Of a stretch of DNA of 64,000 bases, positions 1 through 10,747 are shown piece after piece (positions within the stretch are counted from its first letter, which is position 1; each line of letters starts with the position of its first letter). Under the pieces are notes generated by a model, which had not been told where the DNA came from, searched no databases, and worked only from the letters and a program-made list of their open reading frames with translations. The translations under genes and the position numbers were made by a program. The DNA is from Mobula hypostoma (Eukaryota): the NCBI RefSeq assembly GCF_963921235.1, contig NC_086097.1, positions 117,740,001 to 117,804,000 on the forward strand. Reading direction: 5' to 3'.

Positions 1-2163
1 AGGTTTTTCCGTGGGCACACACAGTACAGGCAGCGATGAAGGAGCGAGTGTCAGCATCCATGGTGGATCACCGGAAATGCCTCTTCAGCAGGGATAGAGG
101 TCGATCGATTCTAGGATGGCAGGCGAACCGGAAAGTACGCCACTGGAGAACCTGAGAATGGACAGACTCAGGCACAACGAGTCGATTGGGGGATCCATCG
201 CCTGGGTTAGGGTGAGTCCGTTGGGCCTCTTTGATTATGGATTCGATCTCCCAGCCACCAAACAGGATGGTGGAATGATAGTCTTGGGGTTGGGAAGGCC
301 CTCCTTGGAGACGTATTGACATGAGAGAGCATTTGGCTTCCTGTTCTTGGTACCCAGATGATAGGTGAGGGTGAAATTGAAACGGCCAAAAAATAGTGCC
401 CACCAAGCTTGGTGGGAGTTAAGGCGTTTAGCTGTCTGGATGAATGCCAGATTCTTATGGTCTGTCCAGACAATAAATGAGTGTTCTGCTCCCTCCTGCC
501 AGTGCCTCCACTCCTCCAAGGCGAGTTTGATGGCGAGCAACTCCTGGTTCCCAATGTCATAGTTCCGTTCGGCGGGGGATAGACGGCAAGATAAGAAGGC
601 GCAGGGATGGAGCTTTTGGTCTCGAATGGAGCCTTGAGAGAGGACCGCTCCCACCCCAGAGTCAGAGGCATCGACTTCCACAATGAATTGACGAGAGGGG
701 TCAGGTTGGACCAGGATGGGAGCAGGGGTGAAACGCCTCTTCAGCTCCAAGAAGGCTGAGTCCGCTTCGGGTGTCCAGTGGAAGGGGGTCGCAGGAGAAG
801 TGAGCTGAGTAAGGGGCGCTGCCACCCAGCTGTAGTCCCTGATAAAGCGATGGTAGAAGTTTGTGAACCCCCGAAATCGCTGGAGTTGTTTGAGCGTTGT
901 GGGTTGTGGCCACTCCGCCACCACCCGGATCTTTTCGGGATCCGCCCTCACCTGCCCGCTCTCAATGATGTACCCCAGGAAACTGACGGAACAGGCATGG
1001 AACTCGCACTTCTCTGCCTTAACAAATAGCTTATTCTCCAAAAGCCTCGGAAGGACCTGACGGACATAGTAGGTGTGTTCCTGAAGATTAGGATGTCATC
1101 CAAATAAACAAAAACAAAATGGTTAATAAAGTTCCTAAGGATGTCTTTTACCAGGGCTTGGAAGAAGGCAGGGGCATTGGTGAGACCGAGTGGCATGACC
1201 AGATATTCGAAATGACCGAGGGGGGTGTTAGAAGCTGTTTTCCATTCATTGCCCTCTCTTATTCTGACCAGGTGATAGTCATTCCACAAGTCCAACTTAG
1301 AAAAAATTGTGTCTCCGTGAAGGGTTTCGAATGCAGAGTTGATAAGGGGCAGGGGATACTTATTCTCTATGGTGATGTTGTTCAGGCCACGGTAGTCGAT
1401 ACATGGGTGCAGTGAGCCATCTTTCTTTCCCACAAAGAAGAAACCTGTGCCTGCAGGGAAAGATGAGGGTTGGAAGATGAGGGTCGGATAATGCCAACCG
1501 CGAGGGAGTCATTCCCATACGTCTCCATAGCTTCACTTTCTGGTCGGGACAGGTTGTACGGCTGACTGGTGGGCCGTGAGGCTCTGGAGAGAGGGTCAAT
1601 AGCGCAATCGTAAGGGTGATGTGGAGGCAGAGAAAGGGCCCGCTGCTTGCTAAACACTTCTCCCAGATTGTGATAATCTACGGGAACCTTGGACAAGTCA
1701 GGAGGCTCAGAGGCGGACGAGGGTGCAGTGACCTCCACTGGGGAAAGGGCTGATTGCAGACAAGTAGAATGGCAGAACGAACTCCAGTTGACTATCATCC
1801 TGGTGGGCCAGTTGATGTGGGAGTTATGACGGCTTAACCAAGGGTGGCCAAGAAATACAGGGGCTTGAGGAGAGGAAATTAAATTGAATCGTATCTGTTC
1901 CCGATGGTTTCCGGAGAGAAGGAGAAGCAGAGGTACTGTGCAGTGTGTGACTCTGGCCAGGAGTCTACCGTCCACTGCCCGAGCTTCCGGGGGTACACAA
2001 TGGCTCATGAGGAATTCCGGCTTGGAAGGCTAAGTTTTCATCCAAAAAGTTTCCCTCTGGGCCGGAGTCCACTAGTGCTAACAGAGGCATGGACTGCTGG
2101 TTGTAACACAAAGTGGCTTGAAGCTGCATCCGGGTCGGGGGACAGAAGGGAATGTTGTCTGAC
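1..2163 (-). pseudogene. pol: Frameshifted pol (PR-RT-RNase H-start of IN) of the sushi-like element
   Basis: ORFs 1382-2008, 948-1433, 235-1041 and 68-406 carry consecutive pol motifs in different frames. Confidence 0.93.
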
Positions 2164-3184
2164 TCACCAGGGTCCCCCTTCTACTGGTGAACCTTCCCCT
2201 TTTGGCTGAAGGGGACAGGTGGCAAGGAAGTGGCTGGACTGGCCGCAATATAGATACTCATCTGCTCTCAATCTCCAGAGTCGTTCAGGGAGAAAGGCGG
2301 TTCCGTCCCAGCTGCATGGGTTCCTCTCCTGGGGCGGTGGATACGACCAGGCTGGGAGCTTCGCAGGGTGCAGAAGGAGGAGAGAGGCTTGTTCTGGTGG
2401 GAGTGGTAATGAGTGCTGAGAAATGGCCAACGGTAGAGGACGACAAGTTCTCACTCTATGGCGTTCGCGGAGACGATTGTCCAACCTGGTGGCTAGGGAG
2501 ATTAGGGAATCCAGGCTGTCAGTGTTGTCTCTTGCTGCCAAGTCATCCTTTACCAGGTCGCTGAGTCCATTCCAAAAAAACCCCTGGAGTAACGTTCAGA
2601 ATTCCACGGAATATTCGGCATCTCTGCGGGACCCCTGGCGGAGAATAAGTTGACGCTTGGCGGTGTCTTTACTACGGACGAGGTGGTCAAAGATCTTTCT
2701 CATTTCTGTGTTAAAACTGGCGAAAGAGGAGCAGATATCCGGTTGGTTATCCCAAACTGCTGTGGCCCACGCTAATGCACTTCCCTGTAGCAACCCCATG
2801 ATATTAGCAATCTTTGACTTGTCCATGGAGTAATTTGACAACTGCTGTTCAAACACCAGGGAGCACTAAAGGAGGAAGGTCCGGCAGTTCCCCAAATCTC
2901 CAGCGTAGTGCTCTGGCTCAGGGACGTGAAGCTCTCTGGGCGGGGGTGTTAGTGACATGTGGGGGTTGCCGCTACAGGTTGTCTAGACTGGTTAGACAGG
3001 GTTCCAGGAGTGGGTTGAGTGAAATGAGTGGAGACATTGTCCATTGGTTACTGATCTGCGTGACGTGAGCAGACAGGGAACGGAGGTTCTTCATGACCTC
3101 TCGGAGGAGTTGGTCGTGCTGTCCCAGTAGGGAACCCTGGCTGGCGGGGGCTTGTTAAAGGGTGTTTGTGTCCGCTGGGTCCAT
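2164..3184 (-). pseudogene. gag: Frameshifted gag of the sushi-like element
   Basis: ORFs 2596-2856 and 2164-2541: [43 protein letters not shown]2CX4HX4C remnant. Confidence 0.88.
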
Positions 3185-3200
3185 GATAGCCAGATCATTC

Positions 3201-3649
3201 TGTTGTAAGGAACGGGATGAACCCAAACACAGGGCAGTGGCACGGAGATAGAGTTAGGATGCAGACGAGGACGTGAGCATAGCTGGAACCTGACACAAAG
3301 CATTGCTGGAGTTGAACGGCAAACAGAAAGGCAGGTGGCAGGCAAACCTTATCTTGACACGAGCGTTGCTGAGCTGAATGGCAAATGGAAAGGCAAATGG
3401 CAGACAATACAGAGTTACACGGGTAAACCTCGGTATGGAAGTAAAACTTAGAATATACAATCCTAAGTGGCCGGGAATGTGAATAACCACACTGGCTAAA
3501 ACAACGATCTGGTAACGAGTGGATGCAAAGTCTGGGTTTTTATGCTGCAGGTTTAGATGAGAATCTGGTGCCACAATCAAGGAGCCCAGGAGAACATGGG
3601 GAAAAGGGAATTAGGAGAATAAGAGGAGTTAACGGTCGGGACCATGACA
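3201..3649 (-). repeat. 5' LTR of the sushi-like Gypsy element (449 bp)
   Basis: TG...CA termini (tgttgtaagg...accatgaca), directly upstream of the PBS and gag ATG; TATA-like CATAAAAA on the minus strand at 3537-3544; ~45-bp internal duplication around 3305-3412. Confidence 0.85.
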
Positions 3650-3852
3650 CCTTGAACCCATGGCAGCATACTACCTTACTATTTAAAAAAAAATTTTCTG
3701 CACTCCTTAATTTAACTATTTAATATACATATTCACATATTTTTCTTTACTCTATTACTATGTATTATTATGCATTGCATTGTACTGCTGCCTCAGAGAC
3801 AATAAATTTCATGAGATATGCTGGTGATATTAAACCTGATTCTAATTCTGAT
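3650..3852 (+). mobile_element. 3' tail of a non-LTR retrotransposon (Rex1/Babar- or L2-like), likely the target of the Gypsy insertion
   Basis: Ends in attaaacctgattctaattctgat, a (GATTCT)n-type tail; similar tails occur elsewhere in the window (e.g. ~45170). Confidence 0.55.
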
Positions 3853-4257
3853 ACTGAACATGGACTCAAAGATTACCTGGAAATAATCCATTTAAGGAGA
3901 TCTTCTGAAATCACAGACAATAAGGTAAAAGGTCAAGGAGCTTGGTTAATACCTGAAAATTGCAATGATATTGTAGTGAGCATTTGGTCCATGCTGACAG
4001 ATGAGAAAAAACACTTAATTAACTCAACAGCCATCTTTATTGCAATAAGCACAAAAACAGACCGGGAATGAAGACCCAGGGAGAGAATTGCTCAGTCTCA
4101 TACAGACAGGGAGGTGATTATTACACATCCTGGTGACAGTCAGGGTGACCCAGAAACACATAAACGAATAATTATATAACCAGAGCTAAAATGTAACAAT
4201 AAATGAATTTGAGCATCCTGCCATAATCCCACAAACACATTTTAAAACAAGAACAAT

Positions 4258-5013
4258 TGTTACATACCAGCAACAATAGATCACAAATTGAGTCAGGTTT
4301 TATTGTTAAAACCACCAACTTTATTAGTATCTACTCAAAATATAGAAAATTAAATGAAATAAACAGAAGTTAACAGTGTTATGTGTGTGTGGCTCCGAAA
4401 CTGTCAGGCTTAGGAGCAGTTCTTAAAGTCTTAAGATGGCAAACTGGAAAGGTTCAGTAATCCACAGAGTAAGTGAGGGGAGAAACTTGTAAATCCACAT
4501 TAAAATGTAGCGAGGAGGCGATTACGAAGATTCCACAGGTTCCATGCTAGGAGAACGAAGCAACAGTCGCCGAAGATCTTACCCGTCGAGTCATCCTGAA
4601 ATCCATGTAGAAATATCACAAAGGTGACAGCCACGGAATATTACTATAGCACAAATGGTTACCACATAACGTACCCAAAACCATGTAAGGGTTAACAAAA
4701 GTGGTCGCCACAGGATACTCCAGCGAAATGCACATATGGATCATACGAAGTGACAGTCAAATGTCCAATATGCACTGTGTGCCGTTGATCAACCCCAATC
4801 CTTTGGACATGGGAAAGTATCAGACTTTACCCATTTTCACAGCAAGCCCCTGCCAGCAGCTTGCAGTCCAAAACTACCACACTCACTCTTTCTCTCTTTC
4901 CTCTCTAAATTCCCAGCGGTCTGTTGCAGCTTGTTACGCTGCTGTCATAGTCCCGCCTCATCCAGCCGTTTTAACGGGACACCCACAGTAAAGGTAACAG
5001 TGGTCACGTAACA
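4258..5013 (-). mobile_element. Solo LTR (756 bp) nested in the 3' LTR of the second Gypsy element
   Basis: Termini TGTTACA...CGTAACA; exact 4-bp TSD CAAT (4254-4257 / 5014-5017); removing it restores colinearity with the partner LTR at 9797-10133. Strand is inferred from AATAAA on the minus strand. Confidence 0.88.
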
Positions 5014-8000
5014 CAATAAGTAGTGCTGGCTGCAAAGAATGCTGGGACGAGCTGCAGACCATTGCGCCACCCCCCCCGCCCCCCCGGAGGCGCCACACTG
5101 TCCCCACCTAAGGGGTCAGCCATCCCCGGAAACCCCAGAGTCCACAACAAAGCCCACGAGTCCCGGTGGTGGTCAACGCTGCCTCCTGGGGCATTGAGGG
5201 CTGTCTGGAGACCCCCCCACCAAGGGGAGGCGCTGTTTGGTGGGGTAAGAGGCATGGCACCCGAAGTGTCGTAATCTTCCTTCAGCGTCACCGGTGGTCA
5301 AGAGCCGATCCAGTGCAGCACGATTGCCTTCCGCCGTTCAGACAGCCGCACCCGATATACAGCGTTTGAGATGCGGTTGAGAACCTCTCCCGGCCCCTTC
5401 CAGTGGCTTCCCTGCTTGGGGGATAGTCCCTTCTTCTAGGAGGTGCCGTAGACCCGTACTCGATCCTCCCAGTACAGTCCTGTCCCGGCTGTTTTTGTTG
5501 GTCGCTGGCTGCACTATGGTTCTGCCAAGCTGCATCATGAACAGCCCGCATGTGCCTCCTGAGGTGCTGCAACTACTCCAACCCAGCCTCCCCAGGAATC
5601 TCCAGCTTGGCAGGGGGGGCCAAGCACCAGATCCACCGGTGTGTGCAGCTCCTGCCCGAACATGAGCACAGCTGGCATTTACCTGGTGGTCGGTATGCCC
5701 ACAATACCAGGGGAAGGTGGCGATCCCAATTGCACTGGTTCTGACTGACAAGGATGGCGAGCTGTGCAGTCAGGGTGCGGTTAAAGTGCTCCACTAGCCC
5801 ATCGCTCTATGGGTAAAGTGGGGTGGTCTGCGTTTTGGTGAATCCCAGCCACCTGCAGACCTTACCAAATACCTGCCTCTTGGCGGTGGTGTTGGCGCTA
5901 TGGTCTGGGACTGTGTATGTCTCTGGCCACAATGGAAGTGTTTGGGTAGCTTTCCCAACATCTTTGCAACCCCAAAATGGCCGGCCCCCACCAGCATGCG
6001 CACTCACCACAGCACCGTGGTGCAGAGCTGCAGAAGATATCTGTCGCCATTGGAAACCTGCCACTGCCAGAACAGCAACCCGTCGCGCACCTCCAGCTTG
6101 CCCCTCTGAGAGTATAGGGACTTGGTCTTTGGATCCAGGGCGCAGATCTCCCCCCACGCCGGCTGCTGTCCCACAGTCAGCTATCCCCTCACCCGAGCCA
6201 GCACGAGATCTACTCAATCCACTCAGGGGAAGTCGCCATCGGCTGCTAACTGAAATGCTGCCATCATTACTTGCCCCTGGCTCCACTCTCGAGGCGGCGA
6301 CAGTAGTGACACTCAGTGGCCTCACAGGGACGATGAGAGAGGGTGTCAGCGTTAATGTTGTGCCTTACGGTGCTGCATCTCAAAATCATAGTCCTGGGGA
6401 GCCTCTGACCACCGCACCAGCTGCCCCTCGGAATCACAGAAGCTCAACAGCCTGGTCAGTGTGAAGCAGGAACCATCAGCCAAAGAGGTAAGAGCGGAGG
6501 TGGCAGAGGGCCTGGACCATGGCCAAGAGCTCCTGGCAGGTGACACAATAGATCAGTTCAGTGTGGCTCCAGATGCAACTGAAGTATGCCACAACGTGTT
6601 CTCCTTGGTCCCCCTCCTGCAACAGCACTGCACTGAGCCCCCCGTGGCTGACATCAACAATGAAGTGCTGGATTGGGGTAGGCCAGCACCGGGGCCTGGG
6701 TGAGTACAGTTCAGAGCTGATTGCAGGCGGCAGCTCAGGTGTCAATCCAGGCGAAGGGCCTCCCCTTCTCGGTGAGTTGGTGCAGGGAACTGGTGATGGA
6801 GGTGAGATCCTTAATGGACAGTGGTAGTATGATGCCAGCCCCAGGAAGCTGTGGACGTTGGAGATGTTGCGGGGGGTGGACCATTCCTTGTCCACCGCCA
6901 CCTTCTCAGGGTCTGTCACCACTCCTTCTGCCCTCGCAAAGTGCCCCAGGAACTTCGCTCGACGGCACAGCAGGCAGCATTTTGCAGGGTTGAGGCGCAG
7001 GTTCGCCTGGTGGATGGTGGCAAAGACCTTTTCCAAGTCCAGAGAGCATCACCAAAAATGGAGGTGTGCACCAGGAGGTCGTTCAAATAGATGACACAGC
7101 AAATCGCCGGAATGTGAGCCAGCAGTCTCTCCGTCAGTCTCTCCAATGTGGCTGGGAGATTACACAGACCAAACAGCATCACCCACAGTACCACAGCCCT
7201 TGACCAGTGGTGAAGGCAGTCTTGGGACGGGACTCTGGGGCCAGATCGACCTGCCAGTAGCCACTGTGGAGACTGAGAGAGCTGAACCAGGTTGAACCAG
7301 CGATGTAGTCCAGGCTATCGTCAATTCAGGGCAGCGGGTAGGAGTCCTTCTGCGTCATGGCATTGAGATGGTAGTAGTCTACGCAGTACTGCCATGTTCC
7401 GTCTCTCTTCCTGACCATCATTGCAGGAGCTGCCCATGGGTTACAGCCAGCTCCTGCCATCTCCTTGATCCGCTGCTCTACTGCCTGGTGTTTGGCGAGG
7501 ACAAAGTGATGGGGGTGCAGGCGTATTGTCTGCACATCCCCGGTGTTAATGTGAGTTGGACCAGCCCCGTTTGCCTGCCATCCTCATCCCTGGTTGCGAA
7601 GATGTTGATATGCTAGTCCAGGAGGTCCTTCAGCTGCCGCCGCTGGTCCTGATCCAAACCCTCGCTGCTCCGCAGCCACAACTCTCACACGGTCTCGCTA
7701 GAGGGCGCCGCAGTGGCGCTGTCGATGTCATCACGCTGTGCCGAAGCGGTTGCCAATGACAGGGGCACGGTAAGCTGCTCTGGGGTGGCCGGTGATGGTG
7801 TGCGTCACCCCATCGCAGGGTGTGCTGCACTACAGCGAGCTGCTGTGAACGCTGTGATGATTGTTGCTGTGCCTGCCTGGACCGGTTCCTGGAGCTACCC
7901 TGCCGGAGAGCCACGGCTTCACTGCCAGGGTAGAGTGTTGCCCCCGGTACATGTACACGGCTCCCCCCCCCCACCAGCAGGACAGCAGGTCCAGGCGAAT

Positions 8001-8746
8001 AACGCAGGATCCCAGATGTCAGCAAGCCACACCTCGCGCTCCATTGCGTTTCTCCCCACTGCAATGTGCAGCCGCCTCTTCCCTCGCATTGCCGCACAGT
8101 CACCGGTGACTGTAGCCAGCTGGACGCCGTCGTTGTCCACCCAGGCGGGGATGGCTGGTCTGTGTTGGGGAGGACACCGGGACAGATGGTAGTGATGACT
8201 GACCCTGTATCCACCAACGAATGGCATCTGGTGCCCTCCACCACGCAGTGCACATTTCAGCTTGCTCTTCACCCAAACGGCCGACCCGGAGGGGCAACAA
8301 CAGAGGGATTCTGCTGAAGGACTCAGGCAGTGCTTCCCTCACAGGGCCACCTTTAGGAGCTAAAATGTCTTCTGCCCTCTCCGTCTCTGCGAGCGATGAT
8401 GGTGATGTCAGACGAATGTGTTGCTGAGGGTACACCAGCATCGGCACCTTTAAAAAAGTGTGGATGGCAAGCTCTTCCTGGACTGCAGGACGTAACTGGG
8501 GGTAGGCACGGTGACCACAGGCTTTCTCCCACACAGCGCCGCCTGCTGCCCTGTTCTTCCCTCATTGTTTCCTCCAATGGCCTCTGCTTGAATCCACTCA
8601 AGTGATACTATGAGGGCTCTGTAATCACACTACTCAGCTGGCGTTAGGTTGAGGAAGGCTCGCAGGGCATCCCACTCCAGTGCCAGGGCAAGGTGCCCCG
8701 CCATTTTAGTGGGGCTCCACGCATTATGACATGTGGCAAGATGACT

Positions 8747-9348
8747 GGCAGGAGGAGAAGATGGCAGCGGGACGCAGCGCGCGCAGCTCTTCGGTGAAAT
8801 GATATTGTATCTGTTAAATAGGGGCCGTGGACAATTCTGATTTGATGGAGGCAGAGGTGAAAGCATAGAGGAACATCTGGAGAAATCTCTGAAATGCCGG
8901 TTCACTGCCGCTGTTACTATGCAATCAAGAATCTTCTGGAGGGAAGGCCCCAAAATCCTTGGCTTTGCCTACTGCTGGCGACTGAGGCTGAGGTCGAAGC
9001 ATTCGGATAGAGATGGTGCTCGGTACTCGGTGTCAGAGGGCTGATCAGAGCTCGAAGTTTTCGGACGACTCAGAGTCGGACTGTGGTTGGGCACGGCAGG
9101 GAGAGTTTTCTTCCTTCTCCTGTTTGCGTGAGATGTGGGACTTTCGAGAGACTTTGAACTTTTTTACTGTGCCATGGCCTGTTCTTCATCAAGTTATGGT
9201 TATGGTATTGTTGCACTGTTGTAACTATATGTTATAATTATGTGGTTTTTGTTAGGTTTTCAGTCTTGTTCTGTCCTGTGTTTCTGTGCATGCATTACTA
9301 AATGACAATAAAAGAGGACTGCCTGTCCTCATAATCTAATCTAATCTA
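8747..9348 (+). mobile_element. ~600-bp non-coding retroposon (SINE-like or non-autonomous LINE derivative) inserted in gag of the second Gypsy element
   Basis: Starts GGCAGGAGGAGAAGATGGC, ends AATAAA then a (TAATC)n tail; near-TSD ATGACT/ATGATT; gag motif (LAQI|HLATCHNAWSPTKMAGHLALALE) rejoins across it. Confidence 0.78.
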
Positions 9349-9777
9349 ATGATTTGTGCCAGGATACGCTCCAGGCAACTGGTACCATGGTATCTGGAGA
9401 GCTTCAGTGTGGACCTTGCTGTGTTAATTGCTGGGGCCTGCTGGTCCTCCTCTTCCTCCAGTGGCATTGGTGGTGCCTGCCACATTGCCCGTCCTCCCGT
9501 GGCTGTGGCATCTTGGGTTCCCTGGCCTGGGCCAGGAGTGGGGGGGGGCAGGTGATGTGCTCTGCAGTGTAACCCGGTTTGGGGAGCGTGAGTACACTTA
9601 CCCCATTGGCATTCCCCAGGAAGGTACAATGCTTGGTTCCCAGATTCTCCATGTGGGATGGCGTCCCATCCTCGGAAGCCCAGTCTAGGCATCCGGGGAT
9701 GACATATCGCTTCCTCCCTAGACTTATTCCCTGGGTCTAAAGGAGCTCCATCCGAAGTCACAGCTCTTCAATTTCAG

Positions 9778-9795
9778 ACCCCACTCCTGCCACCA
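9778..9795 (-). promoter_or_regulatory. Primer-binding site complementary to the tRNA-Leu 3' end
   Basis: Plus strand ACCCCACTCCTGCCACCA, 1 nt from the LTR, resembles vertebrate tRNA-Leu 3' ends (e.g. ATCCCACTCCTGACACCA). Confidence 0.8.
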
Positions 9796-10747
9796 ATGTG
9801 GTGAGAAATTGGTCCAAGATGACAGACGAGAAAATCTCACTAAACTCAGCAGACACTTTTATTGCGATAAGCACAAAAACAGACCCGGCGGGGAGAGCAA
9901 GGCTCAATCACATACAGATGGGAAGGTGATTATTACACACGCCAGTTACAGTCAGAATGACCCACAAACACACAAGCGAATAACTGTATGACCCAAGCTA
10001 AAATGCAACAGTAACTGAACTTGAACATCCCACCATAATCCCACTAATGGGTTTTAAAACAAGAACAATAATAGCACTGGCCACCAGGAATGCTGGGGCG
10101 AGCTGTGGACCACACTCCCTCTGGAATGCCACAACATACAATCTATAATCTTCTGACAAATGGTAATTAGACAGAGGACTGAGATATGGAACATCTAATT
10201 ATGTTGTCATTTGGATGCCGGATTCACCAATTGTTTTACATATATTATAAAATTATACTTCACACTGTGTTTTACTCCTTAAATAAAAATTGTGTAGTTA
10301 AGATTGGAAATAATTCCTGTTGCAGACTGTGCATCATTAAACTTAGCAATGATGATTCTTAGAGAAAGATCTTAACCAAAAATTCCGATATAAGACCTAA
10401 TTCTGCTTATTTTCATATACTTAAAATTTGTGCAATTTAGTTGTTGGTCTACACAAAGCTTACATCCCTTAGGTTTCATTGTTCAGATCTTGTCATTAAT
10501 TTCAATACCTAAGGAAGAAAACACATGCATTAACGTCAAGACTAATGTATCATGCTTGCATTTTCAGATAAAAGGAGTAATTAGGACCCCAGAGAGCTTT
10601 GTTGAATGGAAGTATTGAACTTTATTTAGTAAATAACAAGAACAATATTGTTTAATCTTACATCAGGAGTACAACGCACATTTTGTTCACAAATAAGTTT
10701 TCTAGTCACTAAGTCTTAAGTTTTACAGCATGAAGACAGGCATTTAG

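Larger units (their letters stand above)
1..3649 (-). mobile_element. Ty3/Gypsy LTR retrotransposon, Tf1/sushi (chromovirus-like) group; decayed, 3' part runs off the window start
   Basis: Order on the minus strand is 5' LTR (3201-3649), gag (ATG at 3184, MDPADT...; ALAWATAVWD; degenerate zinc knuckle [14 protein letters not shown]), protease-like region, RT ([24 protein letters not shown]), RNase H ([36 protein letters not shown]) and start of integrase. Many frameshifts. Confidence 0.95.
3972..10133 (-). mobile_element. Full-length but heavily decayed Ty3/Gypsy LTR retrotransposon with tRNA-Leu PBS and two nested insertions
   Basis: Paired LTRs 9797-10133 and 3972-5097 (the latter split by a solo LTR); PBS 9778-9795; PPT ~5098-5112; probable 4-bp TSD ATAT/ACAT (1 mismatch). 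Motifs: protease LVDTGS (ORF 7630-8253), RT NPWAAPAMMVRKRDGTW.YCVDY..LN..DSYPLP and YLNDLL, RNase H (ORF 6476-7036), integrase GHFGVAK and EHFNRTL..WDRHLPLVLWAYR. Confidence 0.93.

Noticed and set aside
235..1433. Possible domesticated sushi-derived gene (PEG10/RTL-like)
   Set aside because: Frameshifts throughout and an LTR is still attached; it is a decaying provirus.
5823..6464. 213-aa plus-strand ORF and other long ORFs in 5000-9800
   Set aside because: Antisense or off-frame readings of GC-rich decayed Gypsy pol.
10464..10508. 45-nt minus-strand segment with good acceptor and donor
   Set aside because: Stop codons in all three frames; could only be non-coding and has no other support.
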